IMG/VR virus record: IMGVR_UViG_3300029477_000009
DNA: 41,522 nt
Strand: one strand, 5' to 3'
Source of the DNA: a virus
Part shown: positions 23,653 to 31,493 of the stretch, in pieces
How positions within the stretch are numbered: position 1 is the first letter of the stretch
Layout: the number at the start of each line of letters is the position of its first letter
Notes under the pieces: model-generated
Told to the model about the DNA's origin: nothing
Databases searched by the model: none
What the model saw: the letters and a program-made list of their open reading frames with translations, nothing else
Program-made: the position numbers and the translations under genes

Positions 23653-24390
23653 ATGCTGACGAACGGGCATATACAGATTTACCGACAGCTCACAGAGTGG
23701 GGGTGGTACAAAGACCTCCCCACCTGCAAACTGTGGCTGCATATCCTGCTGAGGGCAAACTACAAGGAAAGCCAGTTCATGGGGAGCGAGATTCCCCGAG
23801 GCGCGTTTGTGACGAGCTTGCAGGGGATTGCAGACGAGAGCGGGCTAACGTTAAAGCAGGTGCGCACGGCACTCGGGAAGCTCAAGAAAACCGGAGAAAT
23901 CACGGTGGAAAGCAACCGGCATTACACGATAATCACGGTATGCCGGTATGACGAGTATCAGGGCGGCGAACGGGAGGAAGCGCCTGCAAAGCAGCCGTCG
24001 AAACCGGAGATGCCGAAAAAGACGCAGAGTCCAAAGCCGAAAGAGCCTGACCTTGCAGAGCGGTTTTCTGAGCCTGTGCTTTCTGCGGTGCGCGACTGGA
24101 TCACCTACAAGCAGGAGCGGCACGAGGCGTACAAGGCTGTCGGACTGAAAAGCCTGCTGACAGAGATAGAAAACCGAGTAAAGCGCCACGGAGCGGCGGC
24201 GGTTGCTGAGGTTATCCGGCTGAGCATGGCGAACAACTGGAAGGGCATTATCTGGGATCGCATCAAGGACGCGCCAAAGCAGGCGGAAGCAAAGACGGAA
24301 CCGGAGAAAACGCCGGACTGGGAACAGGCATGGCTTGCGCAGAAGGAAGAAATCAGACGGAAAATGAGAGAGGAAGGTTATGAGAGGTAG
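23653..24390 (+). CDS. Replisome organiser / DnaD-like replication initiation protein
   Basis: The N-terminal winged-helix pattern is GHIQIYRQLTEWGWYKD..WLHILLRANY. It has a Pro/Lys linker and the C-terminal motif SMANNWKGIIWD. Confidence 0.6.
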   Translation: MLTNGHIQIYRQLTEWGWYKDLPTCKLWLHILLRANYKESQFMGSEIPRGAFVTSLQGIADESGLTLKQVRTALGKLKKTGEITVESNRHYTIITVCRYDEYQGGEREEAPAKQPSKPEMPKKTQSPKPKEPDLAERFSEPVLSAVRDWITYKQERHEAYKAVGLKSLLTEIENRVKRHGAAAVAEVIRLSMANNWKGIIWDRIKDAPKQAEAKTEPEKTPDWEQAWLAQKEEIRRKMREEGYER

Positions 24391-24550
24391 AAAGAAAGAT
24401 ACTCTCTGCTGGGACTGCACGAAAGCCGCTGCGAAGAGCTGCGCATGGTCTGGGCGGTTCGAGCCGGTGAAAGTCGCGTGGAGACTCGGCAGGAGTTTGA
24501 CTGCGGTAACGTACAAGATCAGGGAAATGAGGCGAGCGGGTGAATTATAA
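24380..24550 (+). CDS. Small Cys-containing protein (56 aa)
   Basis: MRGRKKDTLCWDCTKAAAKSCAWSGRF... It overlaps both neighbours. Confidence 0.35.
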   Translation: MRGRKKDTLCWDCTKAAAKSCAWSGRFEPVKVAWRLGRSLTAVTYKIREMRRAGEL

Positions 24551-24929
24551 GTTTACGATCAAGGGCACGCTGCCTGGACTGAACGAGTTGATCGAGGCGG
24601 AAAGGCGGAACCGGCAGGAGGGGGCACGGCTGAAAAAGCAGTGCGAGGCCGTTGTGATGAATGCAGCGCGGCAGATGGGCGGCGCGGAAATTCAGGAGCC
24701 GGTGTACATGGTTTATCACTGGTATGAGAAGGACCGGCGGCGGGACAAGGACAATATCTGCGCGTTTGGGCGCAAGGTTATTCAGGACGCGCTGGTGAAA
24801 GCGCGGTATCTGTCGAACGACGGATGGAAAAATATCCGAGGGTTTGAAGATCACTTTGAGGTGGATGCGAAAAATCCGAGGATTGTGGTTGAGATTTGGG
24901 AGAGGGACGAAACGGATGAAACAGGTTAA
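24540..24929 (+). CDS. rusA: RusA-family Holliday junction resolvase
   Basis: GTG start. TLPGLNELIEAERRN, RRRDKDNICAFGRKVIQDALVKARYLSNDGW. Confidence 0.75.
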   Translation: MNYKFTIKGTLPGLNELIEAERRNRQEGARLKKQCEAVVMNAARQMGGAEIQEPVYMVYHWYEKDRRRDKDNICAFGRKVIQDALVKARYLSNDGWKNIRGFEDHFEVDAKNPRIVVEIWERDETDETG

Positions 24930-25735
24930 ATGTGAATTGTTCTGCGATAATTTCCAGAATTATAAGCGGTATGGCATCCCGAAAGCGCAGCTTGTCATTG
25001 CGGATATTCCATATAACATCGGCGCGGACGCTTACGGTAGCAACCCGATGTGGTATGTCGGCGGAGACAACAAGAACGGCGAGAGCAAGAAGGCAAAAAG
25101 CAGTTTCTTTCGGACGGATGGCTATTTCAAGATTGCGGAGTATATGCACTTCTGCAACCGGCTTTTGAAGAAAGAGCCAAAGGAACGCAACGCTGCACCG
25201 GCGATGATTGTATTTTGCGCGTTCGACCAGATGCAGACAGTGATGGAGTACGGAAAGCGGTACGGGTTCAAGAACAGCTACCCGCTGTTTTTTTACGAAA
25301 AACTACTCGGCGCAGGTGCTTAAAGCCAATATGCGCATTGTAGGCGCAACCGAATTTGCGGTCGTACTGTACCGCGACAAGCTGCCGAAGTTTAACAACG
25401 GCAGGCAGTACGACGAGAACGGCAAGGTCATTCGCGGAAGCGGAAAGATGGTGTTTGACCATATCGCCTGGGAGCGGGACGGCAGAGAGATTCCCAAGCT
25501 GCACCCGACACAGAAGCCGGTGAAGGCTCTGAAAAAGTTGATTGAGATTTTCACCGACCCGGGCGACACGGTAATTGACCCTTGCGCCGGGAGCGGTTCG
25601 ACGCTGAGAGCGGCGCGGGAACTGGGAAGAAACAGCTATGGGTTTGAACTGGATAAGCAGTTTTACCGGCTTGCCAAAGATGAAATGCTGAAAGAACCGG
25701 AAACGGTGCAGATCAGGATGGAAGGTGTGGTATGA
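24916..25735 (+). pseudogene. Beta-class N6A/N4C DNA methyltransferase interrupted by a +1 frameshift in a T7 run
   Basis: The N part (24916-25323) carries motif IV, ADIPYN. The C part (next frame, readable from 25295 to 25735) carries motif I, IDPCAGSGST. Deleting one T of 25288-25294 gives ..YPLFFTKNYSAQVLKANMRIVGATEF.. Confidence 0.8.
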
Positions 25736-25854
25736 AGACCTGCAAGTGGTACGAACCGTTCTGCGGTGTGTGCTGCAACGGCGACAGCGAGCACCGGGCG
25801 GATTTTATGGACGCGGAAAGCGGTTGCGGAGAATGGGAGGAAAACAATGAATAA
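25732..25854 (+). CDS. Small Cys-rich protein (40 aa)
   Basis: MKTCKWYEPFCGVCCNGDSEHRADFMDAESGCGEWEENNE. It overlaps both neighbours. Confidence 0.35.
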   Translation: MKTCKWYEPFCGVCCNGDSEHRADFMDAESGCGEWEENNE

Positions 25855-26836
25855 AAAGTTTGAATTTACCGGAGAAACCAAAGCGATTTTAGGGAATACC
25901 CTGCATCGCATTCGGGCGTTGATTTCGTTCGGGGAAGTCGGAGCTGGGGAACTGGGCGGATGGATTGAAAAAGAGGAAAACCTTGATGCTTCCGGCAACG
26001 CATGGGTTTACGGCAACGCACAGGTTTACGGCAACGCACAGGTTTCCGGCAACGCACAGGTTTACGGCAACGCATGTGTTTACGGCGACGCATGGGTTTC
26101 CGGCAACGCACGGGTTTACGGCATCGCACGGGTTGACGGCAACGCATGGGTTTACGGCAACGCATGGGTTTACGGCGACGCATGGGTTTTCGGCAACGCA
26201 CGGGTTTACGGCAACGCACGGGTTTACGGCGACGCACGGGTTTCCGGCAACGCACGGGTTTCCGGCAACGCACGGGTTTACGGCGACGCACGGGTTTCCG
26301 GCAACGCATGGGTTTACGGCGACGCATGGGTTTTCGACAACGCACGGGTTGACGGCGACGCATGTGTTTACGGCGACGCATGTGTTTACGGCAACGCATG
26401 GGTTTACGGCATCGCACGGGTTGACGGCAACGCATGGGTTTACGGCAACGCATGGGTTTACGGCGACGCATGGGTTTTCGGCAACGCACGGGTTTACGGC
26501 AACGCACGGCTTTCCGGCAACGCATGGGTTTGCGGCAACGCACGGGTTTACGGCGACGCACGGGTTGACGGCGACGCACGGGTTTACAAGTGCGGTGCGA
26601 TTTTCTGGATTTCCAATGTTGGTTCGCGCGATGACACGGCAACTTTCTTCGCCTGCCGGGATAAAAAAATCAAAGTAATTGTAGGTTGCTTCTTCGGAGA
26701 TTTGGACGAGTTTGCCGCCGCAGTACAGAAAACGCACGGAGATAACACACACGCCAAGGTATACCGCCTTGCAATCGAAATGGCGAAGGAACGCATTAAG
26801 ATGGATGATATGCCGGAGGAAAGCAATGACGGTTGA
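25847..26836 (+). CDS. Hexapeptide-repeat (GNAxVY x33) beta-helix-type protein
   Basis: Starts at the internal ATG MNKKFEFTGETK. It has 33 hexapeptide repeats and a ~80-aa C-terminal domain. Confidence 0.75.
   Translation: MNKKFEFTGETKAILGNTLHRIRALISFGEVGAGELGGWIEKEENLDASGNAWVYGNAQVYGNAQVSGNAQVYGNACVYGDAWVSGNARVYGIARVDGNAWVYGNAWVYGDAWVFGNARVYGNARVYGDARVSGNARVSGNARVYGDARVSGNAWVYGDAWVFDNARVDGDACVYGDACVYGNAWVYGIARVDGNAWVYGNAWVYGDAWVFGNARVYGNARLSGNAWVCGNARVYGDARVDGDARVYKCGAIFWISNVGSRDDTATFFACRDKKIKVIVGCFFGDLDEFAAAVQKTHGDNTHAKVYRLAIEMAKERIKMDDMPEESNDG
25994..26587 (+). repeat. 33 tandem 18-bp repeats (ggcaacgcatgggtttac) with an internal 105-bp exact duplication
   Basis: 26120-26224 is identical to 26408-26512, an offset of 288 bp or 16 units. 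Variation is limited to codons 2, 4 and 6. Confidence 0.9.
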
Positions 26837-26897
26837 TGAGCTGCGGCGCAAGTCCAACATGGGGCTGCGGGAGCTGAGAGAATTGGAGGAGATGTAA

Positions 26898-27506
26898 ATG
26901 GGTAAGTGTAAGCCGGGTGATATTATCACCATCAAAGGGACGGAATTTGCGGTACTGGACATAGAGAAAGGCACGGCAAAGGACGGCAAAGACAAACTGT
27001 TTGTGCTGTTAAAAGAGCCGTTTGGAAGCACGCCATTCAGCACGGACGGCAACGACTATACCAAAAGTAAGCTGCGCAATGAGGTAGAGCGGTGGTATTG
27101 CGAATTTGCATCTGGTTTGAACAAGGAACTGATTTTTTATAGAGAAATTGACTTGCTGACCATGGATGGACGCGCTAATTATGGGGTTGTTACTTGCACA
27201 GCAGCACCTCTGACGTTTGACGAATGGCGCAAGTATTCACGCTATATTCCAGATTGCGAGAGAAGCTATTGGCTGGCAACTGGCGATGGCGCACCGGGGC
27301 GCAGCGGCGCAGCGCGTGCACTGCTCGTGTACTCCGATGGCGATTGTCTCAGCTACGTCTGCTCGAACTCGTATGCGGTGCGTCCGGCTATGTGGGTTTC
27401 TGAAGATCTGATAGACGAGCCGAAAGACGAAAAGCCGGATTTGAGCGAGTACAGCACGATGGAGCTACTTCAGGAGCTTGTAGAAAGGGCGATGAGGGAT
27501 GAGTGA
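26898..27506 (+). CDS. Hypothetical protein (DUF6273-like by motif)
   Basis: SYWLATG and NSYAVRPAMWV motifs; 202 aa. Confidence 0.55.
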   Translation: MGKCKPGDIITIKGTEFAVLDIEKGTAKDGKDKLFVLLKEPFGSTPFSTDGNDYTKSKLRNEVERWYCEFASGLNKELIFYREIDLLTMDGRANYGVVTCTAAPLTFDEWRKYSRYIPDCERSYWLATGDGAPGRSGAARALLVYSDGDCLSYVCSNSYAVRPAMWVSEDLIDEPKDEKPDLSEYSTMELLQELVERAMRDE

Positions 27507-27762
27507 GTTTTGCAAGAATGAAAGGCATGGAGGCATATGTGTCAAAACGGGTACTTATTGTAATCTTGGCGCTTGTCCTTACGAACAGTTAGAACAATTT
27601 GCGCCGGTGGTGCATGGGCGGTGGAGCATAGGACGGTTCAATCGGGAAACGGGAAACTATGAGGAGCAGTGCACTCGTTGCCGGAATTTCTCGAAAGAGT
27701 ACAGCAAGCCATACTGCCCCAACTGCGGCGCGAAGATGGACGGAGGTGCAGACAATGGCTGA
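27499..27762 (+). CDS. Cys-rich small protein, paralog 1
   Basis: Ends CPNCGAKMDGGADNG and contains VVHGRW. Confidence 0.55.
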   Translation: MSEFCKNERHGGICVKTGTYCNLGACPYEQLEQFAPVVHGRWSIGRFNRETGNYEEQCTRCRNFSKEYSKPYCPNCGAKMDGGADNG

Positions 27763-28024
27763 ATACATTGCGAGAGAAGTATTACTTGCACAACTTAGAG
27801 CAATGGAATCATACAACGCCTCACCTATGTACCGGCGCGGATATGACGATTGCGTTGCAACTGTTCTGAAAGCGCCTGCCGCCGACGTTGTTCCAGTGGT
27901 GCGGTGCAAGGATTGCACACACCTGTATGGGACGGTGTGCGCGGTTTGCGGATTGCTGCCTCGCAATCCCAACGATTTTTGCAGTTACGGTGTAATAAAG
28001 GACGGAGGCGAAAGCAATGTATAA
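27755..28024 (+). CDS. Cys-rich small protein, paralog 2
   Basis: Starts at the internal ATG MAEYIAREV. Contains VVRCKDCTH and ends FCSYGVIKDGGESNV. Confidence 0.55.
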   Translation: MAEYIAREVLLAQLRAMESYNASPMYRRGYDDCVATVLKAPAADVVPVVRCKDCTHLYGTVCAVCGLLPRNPNDFCSYGVIKDGGESNV

Positions 28025-28331
28025 ACCGTTGGCAGACAGCACCTTACTCCACATGACGAAAAAGGAGTTAATCGAACTGCTACGTACAGCAGAGCACAAT
28101 GCAGAAGTGTCGCAGGAATGGGTGGCACAACAGGCGGAGAACCTCAAGGATTGGGAGCCGGTGGTGCATTGTCGCGATTGCAAGCATTTTAACCACAAGC
28201 GCATGGAATGTGAAAACGAAGCCGTTTCGACTGACCATGAGGGCGGAGCACAATACAGCTTGAATTTTTGGCTGGACGACTTTTGCAGCTACGGCGAGAG
28301 AAAGGAAGGAGGCGCAGACAATGGTGTTTAA
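28017..28331 (+). CDS. Cys-rich small protein, paralog 3
   Basis: Contains VVHCRDCKHF and ends FCSYGERKEGGADNGV. Confidence 0.55.
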   Translation: MYKPLADSTLLHMTKKELIELLRTAEHNAEVSQEWVAQQAENLKDWEPVVHCRDCKHFNHKRMECENEAVSTDHEGGAQYSLNFWLDDFCSYGERKEGGADNGV

Positions 28332-28857
28332 GAAAGACGGCAAGGTGTACGGCAGCATTGAGTCGGTGGTCGGTGAGCATTGCCAAAAACGGCGGTATTG
28401 CTTTGATTGTGTGTTATATCGCAAGAAAGGTACGAAATGCTGCAAAGAATACGTGAATGAAAATCCGAAGGAGGTGGCGCACTTACTCGACTTTGAAGTG
28501 ATTGACGATACCCCCGACATCCGCGAGGTAGTCGAGAAGTACGGAGAGGACGAAAAGCGCAAGCTGACCCGTGCGGACATCCTGCACGCGGCGGAGAAGT
28601 GCGTATGCGGACAGCGCGAGACGGACTACGGCACACCGGAGGATAACTTTAAGACGATTGCGGAGCTGTGGGAGTCGTATCTTAATAAAGCCTGCACAAG
28701 GGGCGTGAACGTGCGCGTAGAGGCAAAGGACGTTGCTGCAATGATGGCGCTGCTCAAGATTGCACGCATTGCAGCAGGCAACGGAAAGGCTGACAGTTGG
28801 ATTGATCTGGCAGGCTATGCGGCGTGCGGGGCGGAATGTGAGGGAGTAACGGAATGA
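28321..28857 (+). CDS. Hypothetical protein with DUF6378-like C-terminal domain
   Basis: RETDYGTPEDNFKTIAELW..DVAAMMALLKIARIAAG..DSWIDLAGYAACG. Confidence 0.55.
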   Translation: MVFKKDGKVYGSIESVVGEHCQKRRYCFDCVLYRKKGTKCCKEYVNENPKEVAHLLDFEVIDDTPDIREVVEKYGEDEKRKLTRADILHAAEKCVCGQRETDYGTPEDNFKTIAELWESYLNKACTRGVNVRVEAKDVAAMMALLKIARIAAGNGKADSWIDLAGYAACGAECEGVTE

Positions 28858-29165
28858 CCATCTCTGAGATCGCCGCTCAAATGGGCGTTACGCCGGAAAC
28901 ACTGGTGCAGGAGGTTTGCAAGCAGCAGACCGAGATGACGATGCTTACGGTCGTTTGCGGAGTGGCGTTTGCTGTTATAGCAATTCTCCTTGTGGTAATT
29001 GCGTTTACCTATGAGCCTATATTTGCAGCGCTATTCGCCTTTCCCTGCTTGCTTGCAATAATGCTGCTATCTAATGGCATACCAGATTATAATGCATGGA
29101 AAACCGCACCACATGCCATGGCGAACCAGTATATTGTTGAACACTATGGAGGAACAGAAAAATGA
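28854..29165 (+). CDS. Two-pass membrane protein
   Basis: TM segments LTVVCGVAFAVIAILLVVIAF and IFAALFAFPCLLAIMLL. Confidence 0.5.
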   Translation: MTISEIAAQMGVTPETLVQEVCKQQTEMTMLTVVCGVAFAVIAILLVVIAFTYEPIFAALFAFPCLLAIMLLSNGIPDYNAWKTAPHAMANQYIVEHYGGTEK

Positions 29166-29272
29166 CGATTGATGAAGCTATCAAGGTAGCAGAAGCCAAC
29201 GCGGAACTCTATTCGAGCTTCGAAGGGTGGGGACAGGCGGTAAGTTTTACGGCACATGCGCTGCCATGCTGA
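29162..29272 (+). CDS. Possible 36-aa ORF (or the 5' part of the next gene)
   Basis: MTIDEAIKVAEANAELYSSFEGWGQAVSFTAHALPC, with an ATGA overlap upstream. Confidence 0.3.
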   Translation: MTIDEAIKVAEANAELYSSFEGWGQAVSFTAHALPC

Positions 29273-29529
29273 AAGTAATGAAGAAGATGATCGAGGAAGG
29301 CAGACCGGAAGACGCGCCGGATGCGTGGCAGGAGCGCAGAAAGCGCGAGTACCGCGAGACCAAGGACCGGTACGAGAGGCTGCACTGGATGGTTACCAAG
29401 TACGAGGCGGGCGTGCTTGAGTATACGCCGAAGTGCTCGATCGAGCTGTTAAAACAGCAGAAAAAGCACATGGGCGAGTACCTGCACGATCTGGAAGTCG
29501 GCGCATTTGTGGAAGGGGTGGAACTGTGA
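29266..29529 (+). CDS. Hypothetical protein
   Basis: MLKVMKKMIEEGRPEDAPDAWQERRKREYRETKDRYERLHWMVTKYE.. Confidence 0.5.
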   Translation: MLKVMKKMIEEGRPEDAPDAWQERRKREYRETKDRYERLHWMVTKYEAGVLEYTPKCSIELLKQQKKHMGEYLHDLEVGAFVEGVEL

Positions 29530-29699
29530 CGATTAACCAGGCAATCCGCATCCTCGACCCGGCAACGACAGCCGAGGCCTTGGGCGAGATCGAATACTAC
29601 GGCGGTCTGCATGGCAGAGAGAAGATGGTCGCTGCGTGTGACGAGGCCTGCCGCATGGCGGTTCAGATTATGAGAAAATACATGGAGGAACAAAAATGA
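29526..29699 (+). CDS. Hypothetical small protein
   Basis: GTG start overlapping the previous stop; 57 aa. Confidence 0.4.
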   Translation: MTINQAIRILDPATTAEALGEIEYYGGLHGREKMVAACDEACRMAVQIMRKYMEEQK

Positions 29700-30085
29700 A
29701 AAAGAAAATCATGGCGGCACTGCTCTGCGGTGCTATGATGTGTAGTCTGTCGGCCTGCAGGGAGAGCGAGCGCGTTGCGTACAACATCTCGAAGGAGGCG
29801 GACAATTTCAACGTCACGCGCCGTCTGGAAGTCATCAACGCGCGTACGGACAAGCCGGTGTTTGAGCTGATCGGCAACTTCGCCATCTCGAACAACAGCG
29901 AGAACGAGCTGGAGGTGACTGTCGAGACCGGCCAGGGCGTTTACAAGAAACACCTTGTGTACCTCAACGACTGGACGATCTACGTTGTGGAGGACGTCAG
30001 CGGAGCTTACGTGGACAAGTTCCACTACGAGGTGAATTTCCTGCCGGAGATGATCATTCCGGTTACGGTGACATCGCATGACTAA
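29696..30085 (+). CDS. Lipoprotein
   Basis: Signal peptide MKKKIMAALLCGAMMCSLSAC with the lipobox LSAC. Confidence 0.7.
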   Translation: MKKKIMAALLCGAMMCSLSACRESERVAYNISKEADNFNVTRRLEVINARTDKPVFELIGNFAISNNSENELEVTVETGQGVYKKHLVYLNDWTIYVVEDVSGAYVDKFHYEVNFLPEMIIPVTVTSHD

Positions 30086-30326
30086 AAATACAGCGACAAG
30101 GTCCGGCGTTACTTATTATGGTGATACGCCGTGCCGGAACTGCGCTTACTGGCGGACGCTCGGCAACTATAAAAATCTGAAGCTGTGGGCGTGCCACTAC
30201 GCATTAGTAAACCGGCATTCGAGGGGATGCGAGCCGGGCGAAAGGTGCACAAAAAGAACAGAAAGCTACCGCAGACGGATAGCTTTCAAGCACGATGGAA
30301 GCACCGAGGAGATTACAAGTCGATGA
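30078..30326 (+). CDS. Cys-rich small protein
   Basis: CRNCAYW..WACHY..RGCEPGERC; 82 aa. Confidence 0.45.
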   Translation: MTKNTATRSGVTYYGDTPCRNCAYWRTLGNYKNLKLWACHYALVNRHSRGCEPGERCTKRTESYRRRIAFKHDGSTEEITSR

Positions 30327-30736
30327 CAGCGAAAGAATGGCTAATGCGCGGGCGCGCACTGGAAAAGACGATTACAGCCTTGCAGGAGGCGCGGAAACGC
30401 GCCTATGCACGGGCAACGGGCGCAACCGCGCCGGTAAGGGACACGCCGGGCGGAAAAGGGAGCACGGGGAACAAGGCAGACCCCTACATCGAACTGGGCG
30501 AGAAGATCGCAGAGAAGGAAAACGAGCTTGCGGAGATATACGGCGAGATTGTGCGCGTGCTGGGCGAAATGCGGGATAATGAGCTGCAAACGCTCCTGCT
30601 TGAACGTTACGTGAACGGCGCAACATGGGCACAGGCGGCGCGGCGGCTGCATTACAGCGAGGCGCACGTGAAGGGCTACATGCACAGAATGGCACTGAAT
30701 GCTGTGGATAAGTTAATACCCCACAATACGCAATAA
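30323..30736 (+). CDS. Sigma-like late gene activator (DUF1492/ArpU/RinA-type)
   Basis: Starts at the internal ATG MTAKEWLMRG. ELQTLLLERYVNGATWAQAARRLHYSEAHVKGYMHRMAL is a sigma r4-like HTH. It is the last gene before the packaging region. Confidence 0.65.
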   Translation: MTAKEWLMRGRALEKTITALQEARKRAYARATGATAPVRDTPGGKGSTGNKADPYIELGEKIAEKENELAEIYGEIVRVLGEMRDNELQTLLLERYVNGATWAQAARRLHYSEAHVKGYMHRMALNAVDKLIPHNTQ

Positions 30737-31468
30737 TGTGATATACTGATATCGTGGAAGAGCTCCAAGGGAGCAAAACCACGGCATTCACGGGTTGATA
30801 AATTCCGGTTTTATGTCCTCCTAATTCTCTCCCCTGCTTCGGCGGGGACACGCTCCAAAGGCTGCACGAGGCCGGCGGGGCTCACACTTCCTTTCGCCCA
30901 AGGCATTCCCTAATGAGGCGGGAAACCGTCTCAGCCTGTCCGCCGCGTCCGCACGAGGGCGCGCGGGCTCTTTGACTCTCGGGAATACAGTTCAAGGAAA
31001 CGCGGCAGAGATGCCGCACATGCTCCAAAGCCTGCATGAGGGCGGCGGGGCAAAAAAAGACAGCCGGACAGGCTGCCCATAATCTGACGGCGTGGAAAGA
31101 CACGCAACGGCGCAGCTTACGGAACGGCTGCCTCCTATTCTGACAGCCCGGAAAGACGGACACCAGCAAGGCAAGGCTATGCTTGACAGCCCGGAAAGAC
31201 GGGCAGTTTCCGAACTCCTGCCGGGGCTGCTGCAACAGCTCGGCGGGCGCGGTACGCTTGCAGGCGATGCCGCCGGGGTCGCGCCCCGCTGTAACCAGTC
31301 AGCCGGAAAACAAACCGATAGTAATTGTGACACGCCGGAGAGCGACGGCGCACAGCCCAGAACGAGAGGGCGGCGGATGCACGCCAACGGATCGCGAGAG
31401 CCGAAAAGCTGCATACATGCGGATAAAAAACAAGATCAACAAAAGAGAGGTGAAACACTCCTTCTCTT
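30737..31468 (+). ncRNA. Candidate large structured ncRNA (ORF-free, hairpin-dense tract)
   Basis: No ORF here has an RBS. The tract contains duplicated hairpin modules at 30831-80 and 31002-50, UUCG/GAGA tetraloops on the + strand, and three GAAAGA-loop hairpins with compensatory changes. Confidence 0.45.
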
Positions 31469-31478
31469 ATACATTCCG

Positions 31479-31487
31479 TGGTATATT
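31479..31487 (+). promoter_or_regulatory. Extended -10 promoter TGgTATATT
   Basis: TG-n-TATATT at 31479-87. The -35 region is poor. Confidence 0.4.
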
Positions 31488-31493
31488 GTCTTA

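Noticed and set aside
19682-26587. A diversity-generating retroelement as the source of position-restricted variation in the two repeat proteins.
   Set aside because: The genome has no reverse transcriptase ORF and no separate template repeat. The substitutions are not restricted to adenine-templated positions.
25866-27052. Long ORFs 25866..26642 (-), 25889..27052 (-) and 25965..26678 (+) across the 18-bp repeat array.
   Set aside because: These are repeat-driven open frames (KPVRCR.., NPCVAV.., THGFTA..). They have no translation signals, and the GNAxVY frame is the one with flanking domains and a start after an SD.
29162-29529. 29162-29272 and 29266-29529 might be one gene broken by a 1-nt deletion near 29240 (..EGWGQA|GKFYGTCAAMLKV..).
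   Set aside because: The second ORF has its own ATG overlapping the first stop (ATGCTGA), which is a normal coupling arrangement. I cannot distinguish the two cases without homologs, so it is noted only under the methyltransferase finding.
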